From contig JAFZWY010000052.1 in NCBI GenBank assembly GCA_017617125.1, positions 1,528 to 65,527 of the forward strand: 64,000 nucleotides of DNA. Direction: 5' to 3'. The position numbers were made by a program, and so were the translations under genes. The stretch comes from Bacteroidales bacterium. Lineage in GTDB: Bacteria > Bacteroidota > Bacteroidia > Bacteroidales > ML635J-15. The notes beneath the pieces were generated by a model that was not told the origin of the DNA, did not search any database, and saw nothing but the letters and a program-made list of their open reading frames with translations. Below, piece by piece: positions 1-7,032 of this stretch. The first letter of the stretch is position 1; each line of letters starts with the position of its first letter.

Positions 1-1
1 G

Positions 2-388
2 ATGGATTTTATAAAGCTTACTCGTCTCGAAGGCAAAATTGATACAAGTTATGCCTGCGACGGTTTTCTCGGACGCTACGAGGGCGAGGTTAGACGCAAG
101 TATTTCAACTGCAGTTCGGGCGTGAATGTGGCTTCCATCCGAGCCGACGGTGCTATTTCGGGCTGCCTGAGCATACGTAGTGACTACAATCAGGGCAACA
201 TATACACCGATTCGTTTTGGGATGTGTGGGAAAAACGTTTCGAGAAGTTCCGCAACCGCAAATGGATGCGCACCGGCGACTGCAAGTCGTGCAAGGTGTG
301 GCGTTATTGTCAGGGCAACGGCATGCATCTCCGTGACGAAAATGGCGAACTGAAAATGTGCCAGTATCAGATGATAAATGGGAAATAA
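2..388 (+). CDS. Radical SAM/SPASM-type protein, C-terminal fragment (N-terminus lies upstream of the window)
   Basis: The reading frame is open to the window edge. The Cys-rich tail ...SGCLSIRSD...DCKSCKVWRYCQGNG...MCQ fits the Cx2Cx5C auxiliary Fe-S cluster pattern of SPASM/twitch domains. Stop TAA at 386-388. The ATG at 2 is probably internal. Confidence 0.55.
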   Translation: MDFIKLTRLEGKIDTSYACDGFLGRYEGEVRRKYFNCSSGVNVASIRADGAISGCLSIRSDYNQGNIYTDSFWDVWEKRFEKFRNRKWMRTGDCKSCKVWRYCQGNGMHLRDENGELKMCQYQMINGK

Positions 389-390
389 AT

Positions 391-843
391 ATGGATTATA
401 AGCATTACATTGAAAAACTAGGCCTTATGCCTCATCCCGAGGGCGGCTATTATCGCCAGGTTTACGGAAACGACGAGAGTGGCGAAAAGCAAATCTCCAC
501 CATATATTATATGCTTTGTGGCGATGAGTTTTCGGCTTTCCACAAATTGCACGGCATGTCCGAAATATGGTACTACCATGCTGGCGAATGCCTTGATATT
601 TATGTTATTGATGCTAAGGGAGAACTTGTTGTTCATCATTTGTCTGCTGATGATGAAATGCAGGTTGTAATTGAACCCGAACAATGGTTTGCTGCAGAAT
701 TGCCCGGCAAGAAGGGGTTTTCTCTTGTGGGATGCGCTGTGGCTCCTGCATTTAAATTCGATAATTTCGAACTGGCTAAAAAAGAAGACCTTTTGCGTGA
801 GTTTCCACAGCATGGTGCATTAATAGAAAGATTGTGCAGATAA
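391..843 (+). CDS. Cupin-fold protein, DUF985 family
   Basis: ATG at 391, 2 nt after the upstream stop. The track start at 358 is a GTG extension. N-terminal LMPHPEGGYYRQVY is the characteristic DUF985 cupin motif. Confidence 0.75.
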   Translation: MDYKHYIEKLGLMPHPEGGYYRQVYGNDESGEKQISTIYYMLCGDEFSAFHKLHGMSEIWYYHAGECLDIYVIDAKGELVVHHLSADDEMQVVIEPEQWFAAELPGKKGFSLVGCAVAPAFKFDNFELAKKEDLLREFPQHGALIERLCR

Positions 844-869
844 TTTTTCTCTATTTTCCGATAAAAAAA

Positions 870-877
870 TAATTTTG
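870..877 (+). promoter_or_regulatory. Bacteroidota sigma-A -7 box (TAatTTTG)
   Basis: Matches the TAnnTTTG consensus and lies 22 nt upstream of the ATG at 900. Confidence 0.45.
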
Positions 878-899
878 TACCCGTTAATACTTAAAAATT

Positions 900-1673
900 A
901 TGAATAAAAGAAGATTACTTAATGTTATTGCCTCACTGGCATTGTGCGTATTGGCTTTTTCGTGCCAAAACAAAGAAAATACTAATGTTACAGAGGAAGA
1001 AACCGTAGTTAAGGAAGAAGCTACATCGGTTGAACCTGCTGCCGATACAACCGTTTCCGAGGCTTTGAAAAATGGTTTTGTTGTTGTTACTGATGTCGTT
1101 CCCGATGCAATTCTCGAAATCCGCTATTTCAGTACGTTTAATTTTATGGGTGTGCGTGTCGATGGTTACAATGCGCCTATCGCTTATCTTACCAAGGAGG
1201 CTGCCGACAGTCTAAAGGCTGTTAGCGACGATGTAAAGGCAATGGGCTACCGTCTGAAAATATACGATGCATATCGTCCGCAATGCGCTGTGGATCATTT
1301 TGTTCGCTGGTCGCAAGAAGCTGCCGACACTCTTATGAAACGCTATTTCTACCCCGATATCGACAAGCCTCGTCTGTTCGAAGAAGGCTATATTGCAAAG
1401 AAAAGCAGACATACCTGCGGTTCTACAATCGACCTTACTCTATTCGATATGAATACCGAAAAAGAGGTTGACATGGGTTCTCCGTTCGATTGGCTAGGTG
1501 AAGAAAGCCATCCAGATTATCCTGGTGTAACTCCCGAACAGCACAAGAATCGTATGATTTTGCGCGATGCAATGGTTCGTCACGGATTCAGAGGCATTAG
1601 CACCGAGTGGTGGCATTTTGTACTCAAGAACGAACCGTATCCAAATACATATTTTACATTCCCGATAGAGTAG
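900..1673 (+). CDS. D-alanyl-D-alanine dipeptidase (VanX/DdpX-like, peptidase M15D), exported/lipoprotein
   Basis: Signal/lipobox-like N-terminus LALCVLAFSCQ. VanX-type zinc motifs SRHTCGSTIDLTL (SxHxxGxAxD) and EWWHF are present. Confidence 0.8.
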   Translation: MNKRRLLNVIASLALCVLAFSCQNKENTNVTEEETVVKEEATSVEPAADTTVSEALKNGFVVVTDVVPDAILEIRYFSTFNFMGVRVDGYNAPIAYLTKEAADSLKAVSDDVKAMGYRLKIYDAYRPQCAVDHFVRWSQEAADTLMKRYFYPDIDKPRLFEEGYIAKKSRHTCGSTIDLTLFDMNTEKEVDMGSPFDWLGEESHPDYPGVTPEQHKNRMILRDAMVRHGFRGISTEWWHFVLKNEPYPNTYFTFPIE

Positions 1674-1705
1674 GGATTTTCAACAAGATACGCAATATTA
1701 TGCAT

Positions 1706-1747
1706 AATTAGGGGATGGGAGCAACTCATCCCCTAATTATGTTTTTT
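1706..1747 (+). terminator. Rho-independent terminator
   Basis: 12-bp stem AATTAGGGGATG / CATCCCCTAATT with a 9-nt loop, followed by ATGTTTTTT. Confidence 0.7.
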
Positions 1748-1783
1748 GATGAACAATATTGTATTTTATAAGGCATTTTTTTG

Positions 1784-1791
1784 TACTTTTG
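1784..1791 (+). promoter_or_regulatory. -7 box (TActTTTG)
   Basis: Matches TAnnTTTG, 22 nt upstream of the ATG at 1814. Confidence 0.45.
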
Positions 1792-1813
1792 CGTTATGAT
1801 TTAGACTCTTAGT

Positions 1814-2671
1814 ATGGTAAAGGATTATTCTTCGTTTGGTCCGGCTTATCGCAATTTCAAGGTTAGGGAAGATGTGTATGTTCCAGAGCCTGTAGCAGAA
1901 TTTTCTGGTGATAATCCTTTCACAAGAATGGCCGCAATACGAGGAAAGAATAAGGACATAAAGTTTGATGAAACTTATACATATCTAGATAAGTCATTTA
2001 AATTCAATATATTGAATGCTTTTATGTATTTTGTTGCGTGGTTTGTGGCTTTCCCGTTAAACCGTATCCGCTTTGGTCTTAAGATTGAAGGTCGTGATAA
2101 AATACGTAAAAACCGCAAACTCTTTGCTAACGGTGTGATGACTGTATGCAACCATGTTCACAGATGGGATATGATTTGCGTTTTGCAGGCAATGCGCTAC
2201 CGTAAAGCATGGATTCCAATGTATTCGCAACCGTTCAATGGTAAGGACGGCTTTGTTATGAAAGCCGTTGGCGGTATTGCCATTCCTGATAACTACAATG
2301 GACTAAGAAAGTTTGAGCAGGCATTGAATGAATTGCGCTCCAAAAATCAATGGATACACATATTCCCGGAAAGTTGCAGCTGGAACTTCTATGCGCCGCT
2401 CCGACCTTTCAAAACAGGTGCGTTCAATATGGCATACAGATATTCGCTGCCGGTGATTCCAATGATTATATCGTTTCGTCCTCGTACCGGTTGGCGTAAA
2501 TTGTTTGGAAAAGGCGAGCCTCTGCTTACCATTCATGTGGGCGATCCTATAATTCCAGACCTCAGCAAAAACAGAAAGGAAGAGTCCGCACGTATGTGCG
2601 ACCTTGCCCACAAGACTATGCTCGATATGGCGGGTATTGTTTCTAATCCCTGGCCATCTTATATTGATTGA
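1814..2671 (+). CDS. PlsC-type lysophospholipid O-acyltransferase (GlsA-like)
   Basis: HX4D acyltransferase motif CNHVHRWD and a downstream FPE motif (IFPESC). The N-terminal hydrophobic segment suggests membrane association. It is immediately followed by an OlsB-like N-acyltransferase gene. Confidence 0.7.
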   Translation: MVKDYSSFGPAYRNFKVREDVYVPEPVAEFSGDNPFTRMAAIRGKNKDIKFDETYTYLDKSFKFNILNAFMYFVAWFVAFPLNRIRFGLKIEGRDKIRKNRKLFANGVMTVCNHVHRWDMICVLQAMRYRKAWIPMYSQPFNGKDGFVMKAVGGIAIPDNYNGLRKFEQALNELRSKNQWIHIFPESCSWNFYAPLRPFKTGAFNMAYRYSLPVIPMIISFRPRTGWRKLFGKGEPLLTIHVGDPIIPDLSKNRKEESARMCDLAHKTMLDMAGIVSNPWPSYID

Positions 2672-2685
2672 CAATTTACATCCCA

Positions 2686-3750
2686 ATGAAAGCAATAATT
2701 GATCCCGTACCTGTAGAACTTATTAAAGCCGAACTTACAAAATCCAAGAAATTGGAAGATACGAACAGGGGGCATAACGAACTTTATATAGTTACGTGGC
2801 AGGATTCCCCCAATGTTGTCACTGAGATTGGAAGGCTTCGCGAGGTGACTTTCCGCGATGCTGGTGGCTCTACCGGCAATGATATCGATCTTGACGAATA
2901 CGACAAGATGGAAAATCCATATAAGCAGTTGGTTGTATGGGATCCCGACAACGAGGCGATTGTCGGCGGTTATCGCTTTTTCTACGGTTCCGATGCTAAG
3001 TTCGATGAGAAAGGTCAGCCAATTATGGCAAGTTCCCACCAATTCCGCTTTTCACAGAAATTTATCGATGAGTACCTGCCATACGTTTTAGAAGTTGGGC
3101 GCAATTTTGTTGTTCCTGAATATCAAAGCTCAAAGAGTGGCGCCAAGTCCATATATGCCATGGACAATCTATGGGATGGCATGGTAGCCATTATAATGAA
3201 GAATCCGAACCTGCTTTATTTCTTCGGCAAGATAACCATGTATCCTTCATACGACCATATCATTAGAGATTTGATTTATCATTTTCTGTGGAAGCATTTC
3301 GGTGACAAGGATGAACTTGTTCGTCCATGGGATGACTTGTCGGTAATGCCTAAATCCGATCCGGAATTGATGAATCTGGTAGTTAATAAGGATGACCTTA
3401 CCGAAGATTACAAGTTGCTTAAAATGGCAGCCCGAATGAGAGGTGTAAATGTGCCTCCGAATATAACGGCTTATTTTTCAATTACTTCTCAAATGCTAAT
3501 GTTTGGAACATCTGTTAATCGCTTAATGAACAACATTGAGGATACAGGACTGCTTATTCCGTTCGATGCAATCTATCATGAAAAGAAGAGCCGTCATATT
3601 GGCGCATATATTCGTTTTTCTATTGCTAAAAGACGCAATAATGAGGTTATGCTTGACCCAGAGATCGAAAAACGTATGATCGAGGATTGGTTGAATAAAC
3701 GATTCCGCAAGGTAAGACGATTGCTCAGAAGGGCAGGAAGAGATATATAA
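2686..3750 (+). CDS. GNAT-fold N-acyltransferase of the OlsB/hemolysin-like family (GlsB-like N-acyl amino acid synthase)
   Basis: ATG at 2686; the track start at 2668 is TTG. The size and arrangement (14 nt after a PlsC-type gene) match the Bacteroidales two-gene glycine-lipid pathway. The family call is by recollection of that family, not by alignment. Confidence 0.6.
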   Translation: MKAIIDPVPVELIKAELTKSKKLEDTNRGHNELYIVTWQDSPNVVTEIGRLREVTFRDAGGSTGNDIDLDEYDKMENPYKQLVVWDPDNEAIVGGYRFFYGSDAKFDEKGQPIMASSHQFRFSQKFIDEYLPYVLEVGRNFVVPEYQSSKSGAKSIYAMDNLWDGMVAIIMKNPNLLYFFGKITMYPSYDHIIRDLIYHFLWKHFGDKDELVRPWDDLSVMPKSDPELMNLVVNKDDLTEDYKLLKMAARMRGVNVPPNITAYFSITSQMLMFGTSVNRLMNNIEDTGLLIPFDAIYHEKKSRHIGAYIRFSIAKRRNNEVMLDPEIEKRMIEDWLNKRFRKVRRLLRRAGRDI

Positions 3751-4047
3751 GCTTCGCTGTTTCTGAGTTTCTATGGGCTGCGCCCGTTTCAATGCCTGCG
3801 GCGTTTGAATGGCTTCGCCGTTTCTGCGCTTCTTTGTTTCAATGCCTGCGGCGTTTATGAGTTTCTGGGTTTGAATGGCTTCGCCGTTTCTGTGCTTCGC
3901 TGTTTCTATGGGCTGGCGCCCATTTCTGAGTTTCTTGTTTCTGTGGCTTCGCCGTTTCAAAGTTTGTACGTTACAAAACAACCTCAAACCATTTCAAACA
4001 ACCAGAAACAAAAAACTAGAAACCAGAAACCATCAAACTAGAAACAT
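3751..4047. repeat. Degenerate short-unit repeat tract (GC-rich units ending in GTTTC) followed by a GAAAC-rich tract
   Basis: Exact duplicates: GTTTCAATGCCTGCGGCGTTT at 3786 and 3836; GAATGGCTTCGCCGTTTCTG at 3807 and 3873; GCTTCGCTGTTTCT at 3751 and 3894. About ten units of the form GCYKCGCYGTTTC are visible. CAGAAAC/CTAGAAAC occurs four times at 4003-4045, and CAGAAAC is the reverse complement of the GTTTCTG present at the end of several left-hand units. Confidence 0.8.
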
Positions 4048-5031
4048 TTAAACCGTTCCGCAAATCGCATAATCCTGACTTTCCTCCAGATATTCCTTTA
4101 GTGCTTTCCCATATTCTGGGAAAATGTTGCCTACTCGGCCTAGTCCGCTGATATACGGATTTATATGGCGTTTCTTGGCGTAGATAACTCTTGAATCTGG
4201 ATTGTCGGCTGTGTGTACTATGGTCGAATAGCTTCTGAATTTCTGCCATTCCTTTGCCGAAAAATCGTTATTCATAAGTTTCTCAATTACAGGCGTTTCT
4301 CCAAGATATAAGTCGCTTTCGGTAATTATTCCGCGGATTATGCATTCCTTTAATATTTCGGCCAGACGCTGCATGGAGTAGCGGTCTTCGTCGGCAACGT
4401 ATATGCGAGAGCATTGCAACGACAGCTTTGCAAATTCCAGAGCTTTGTCCTTGTCGCTAAACATTATTTCGGGCTGACCTTCCTCGTTTGTGCCGACTAT
4501 GAGGTCGTCGTACAGTTCCTTTGCCTTTTCGTAGCTTGCGAGTTTGTAGTTTACGATGTTGCCTATTGTGTATTCGAGTCTGTCGGCCGAAAGGCGCGGC
4601 GTGTCGTTGTCGGCAATGGGGTAGAGGTGGTAATCGGCGACTTCGGAGGTTTGCATGCCGTATTTTTTGAGGCTTTGCTGTATCTCGGCAGAATTTTCAA
4701 TTATCGACTGCGTGCCGTTTTCTGTTGATTCCTGCGTTAGGTAGTCGCCGTGCATGAAGTCGATTACATGTGCGAAAGCAGGCGACGAGATGTCGTGCAG
4801 CAGTCCTGCCGTGCTTTGCTTTTTGTCGTGTGTGAAGTGCCATACAATAAGCGCAACTCCAATGCTATGATAGTATCGTGAGTATTTCTCAAGTCCGGCA
4901 AACATCGGAAAACTGGTGTATTCGCATCCGCAGTTCATGCCTATGTCGTCGAGACGGAGCATTGCGGGCGATTGGGCTATTTCTTTTATAAATTCCGGAA
5001 AGTCGCTGGAGTATATTGGGTGAATGTTCAT
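4048..5031 (-). CDS. HD-domain metal-dependent phosphohydrolase
   Basis: HSIGVALIVWH...GLLHDISSPAFAH (H...HD motif). ATG at 5031; the track start at 5064 is TTG. Confidence 0.7.
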   Translation of the reverse strand: MNIHPIYSSDFPEFIKEIAQSPAMLRLDDIGMNCGCEYTSFPMFAGLEKYSRYYHSIGVALIVWHFTHDKKQSTAGLLHDISSPAFAHVIDFMHGDYLTQESTENGTQSIIENSAEIQQSLKKYGMQTSEVADYHLYPIADNDTPRLSADRLEYTIGNIVNYKLASYEKAKELYDDLIVGTNEEGQPEIMFSDKDKALEFAKLSLQCSRIYVADEDRYSMQRLAEILKECIIRGIITESDLYLGETPVIEKLMNNDFSAKEWQKFRSYSTIVHTADNPDSRVIYAKKRHINPYISGLGRVGNIFPEYGKALKEYLEESQDYAICGTV

Positions 5032-5079
5032 TGCGATAGCTGTTTGCAAATGTTTGATAATCAAATTTCTATATAAACG

Positions 5080-5109
5080 AAAAAAGACGGATACAAGTCC
5101 GTCTTTTTC
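5080..5109 (-). terminator. Hairpin terminator downstream of tRNA-Asn (bidirectional shape)
   Basis: Stem AAGACGGA / TCCGTCTT with a 6-nt loop, flanked by an A-run on one side and a T-run on the other. Confidence 0.65.
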
Positions 5110-5111
5110 TG

Positions 5112-5185
5112 CTCCCCAGGTAGGACTTGAACCTACGACCCCCTGATTAACAGTCAGGTGCTCTAACCAACTGAGCTACTGAGGA
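5112..5185 (-). tRNA. tRNA-Asn (anticodon GTT)
   Basis: 74-nt cloverleaf on the minus strand. Acceptor TCCTCAG/CTGGGGA, D-arm GCTC-AGTTGGTTA-GAGC, anticodon stem CCTGA/TCAGG with loop CTGTTAA, T-arm GTAGG-TTCAAGT-CCTAC. CCA is not encoded. Confidence 0.92.
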
Positions 5186-5194
5186 AAAGCGGTG

Positions 5195-5202
5195 CAAAGA
5201 TA
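5195..5202 (-). promoter_or_regulatory. -7 box (TAtcTTTG on minus strand) for tRNA-Asn
   Basis: CAAAGATA on the plus strand, ending 10 nt upstream of the tRNA 5' end. Confidence 0.5.
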
Positions 5203-5353
5203 GTGCATCATTTTTAACTGACAAACATTTTTTTTACTTTTTTTCAAAAAAATCAATTTGTTGAATTGTAGAATGTTATCCTTGCTAAATGTGATTGTCG
5301 CGTGCAGATTTAGTGATTTTGAGTCTCTTTTTTGCTCGCGAATCTTCGCGTTT

Positions 5354-6796
5354 TTACTTCTTCTTGTATATTTTCAGTTTTTGTCCAATCTGTAACTTCG
5401 ACGGGTCGGCAATGTTGTTCCATTTCAGAATCTCGTCGGCGGTGGCCCAACTGTAGCGCTTGGCTATGTTGTACGGATTGTCACCCGATTTTACTGTGTA
5501 GGTTTCATACAAAGTGTAGTCCTTCGCGTTGAATGTTACCGTAGATGCAGAATTGCTTGAACTTGACTGCGTTGCAGGCTTTGTCGTGGTCGAACTTGCT
5601 TTCGGTTGCGAAGTCTGGCTGCTTGCGCTCGGCTTCTTGCCCGTCCAGATGACAAGTGTCTTGCCAGCGGTTATGTTGGTGTTGCTCAGTCCGTTCCATG
5701 CCTGTATGTCGCTGACTTTCACGCCAAATTTCTGCGCAATCTTACCCAAATAGTCGCCCTGCTGTATCTTGTAAATAATCTTGTCGCCGTTGCCTTCTAC
5801 GACGTAGTTTTGGGGTTCTACTGGCGGCTTTGGCGGCGGGAAGTATATCGTGTCGTTGTACTTCACAATGCTGTCGTGGAGCGTTGCAAAATCGTTCTTG
5901 CGACCTGCTGGTAGTCTGTATGTTACGGGAACTCTGCGTCCGTCAATAACTTCGCAGCTGAAAGTGGCGTTGAGCGATTTAAGTTCATTGATGCTTATGC
6001 CCATCACCTTGGAAATCTGCTCAATATGAATGCGGTCGCTGATGCGGATGGTGTCGTATTGCAGTTCGATTTCCTTGATTTCGATTTTGCTGTTTTTGTA
6101 GTTCTCGGCCCACGAAATCACAGCGCACCAGATGTCGAAAATATTCTTGCCGTAAGGGTCGAGCGAGGTGTAAATTTCGGAGGTTTGCTTGCCTTGGACC
6201 TGCATCAGCTTTAAGTTCGATGGTCCGAAAAGATAGGCGGCTAAAGCGATGTCCCATTTTTTGAACTTTTCATGGAAATATTCCAACTGGCGGATTGCTG
6301 CCTTGGTCGATTGCATTATATCGTGACGTCCGTCGGTGCATTCGCTTATTTCTACACCATATTTTATTGCATATAGGTATTGCAAGCCCCAGAACCCGCA
6401 GTTGCCATCTTGTTCGTAGTACTTGTTGAATGCTGAAATTGCAAATGGTAGCCATAAAACTTCGCCGGGGTAGGTGAGTCCTGATTTTTGGGCGGCAAAT
6501 GCGACTTCAGAATGTGCCTTCAGTATGGCTGTTTTGGTTTCGGTTGGCATTGCCGAAATTGCATCGTAGTATGATATTGCGTTCTGTGTCAGTGTGTAAG
6601 ATTCCTCCGAAATGAGCACTTTTGGGTATAGATGCTCGCTTGTCGTTGTGGATTCTACTTTGGCTTCTATGTAATACGGATTGTAGTTGGCGAGATTCTT
6701 TTTCAGCGATGATACGAAATCGCTTTGTCCGAATACTGTTACAATCGGTAGCGTAATAGTTATAAATGTTAATATGTATCTATAAATCAGCGACAT
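5354..6796 (-). CDS. Exported SLT/MltD-like domain protein with two C-terminal LysM peptidoglycan-binding domains
   Basis: Signal peptide. SLT-like block LPFAISAFN...GFWGLQ...AAYLFGPSN. A Ser/Thr-rich linker. Two LysM repeats (YKIQQGDYLGKIAQKFGVKVSDIQAWNGL; YTVKSGDNPYNIAKRYSWATADEILKWNNI). Confidence 0.8.
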   Translation of the reverse strand: MSLIYRYILTFITITLPIVTVFGQSDFVSSLKKNLANYNPYYIEAKVESTTTSEHLYPKVLISEESYTLTQNAISYYDAISAMPTETKTAILKAHSEVAFAAQKSGLTYPGEVLWLPFAISAFNKYYEQDGNCGFWGLQYLYAIKYGVEISECTDGRHDIMQSTKAAIRQLEYFHEKFKKWDIALAAYLFGPSNLKLMQVQGKQTSEIYTSLDPYGKNIFDIWCAVISWAENYKNSKIEIKEIELQYDTIRISDRIHIEQISKVMGISINELKSLNATFSCEVIDGRRVPVTYRLPAGRKNDFATLHDSIVKYNDTIYFPPPKPPVEPQNYVVEGNGDKIIYKIQQGDYLGKIAQKFGVKVSDIQAWNGLSNTNITAGKTLVIWTGKKPSASSQTSQPKASSTTTKPATQSSSSNSASTVTFNAKDYTLYETYTVKSGDNPYNIAKRYSWATADEILKWNNIADPSKLQIGQKLKIYKKK

Positions 6797-6817
6797 TATT
6801 TAGAATAAAAATAGGAT

Positions 6818-7009
6818 GTCATTCCACAAAGCAGAGTGAACCGACAAAGGAACGTGTCGTGTGAACTCGCTTATGCGGAACGCTGCTTGCAGCCTCGCGA
6901 AACGAAGTGAGCAATCTCCTAATAGATAGCCGCACTTCGACTACGCTCAGTGAGCGGCTACAACGCTCTCCGTACCGTATCGCGTGTCTGTTCTGACTTG
7001 CGGAATGAC
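6818..7009. repeat. Imperfect palindromic intergenic repeat element, copy 1
   Basis: The termini GTCATTCCACAAAGCAGA and TCTGACTTGCGGAATGAC are inverted repeats. Sequence blocks (TTATGCGGAAC, CAATCTCCT, CCGTATCGCGT, GTTCTGACTTGCGGAA) are shared with the element at 11404-11667. Confidence 0.7.
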
Positions 7010-7032
7010 GTAAAAAGTAAATCATTATAAGT

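Noticed and set aside
358-390. N-terminal extensions given by the ORF track at 358, 2668, 5064, 9343, 43415 and 61756
   Set aside because: All begin at GTG or TTG codons and overlap the upstream gene or a promoter box. An in-frame ATG that gives a sensible N-terminus or signal peptide follows shortly in each case.
3751-3960. Possible CRISPR array
   Set aside because: The repeat units are only 13-21 nt, degenerate and irregularly spaced, and the sequences between them are themselves repeated. No cas genes are in the window.
3523-3987. 154-aa minus-strand ORF, and the 78-aa plus-strand ORF at 3805-4041, covering the intergenic repeat tract
   Set aside because: Their translations are just the short DNA repeats read through (RNGEAIQT repeated). 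The minus ORF also overlaps the 3' end of the GlsB-like gene. Neither has a promoter box or recognisable protein features.
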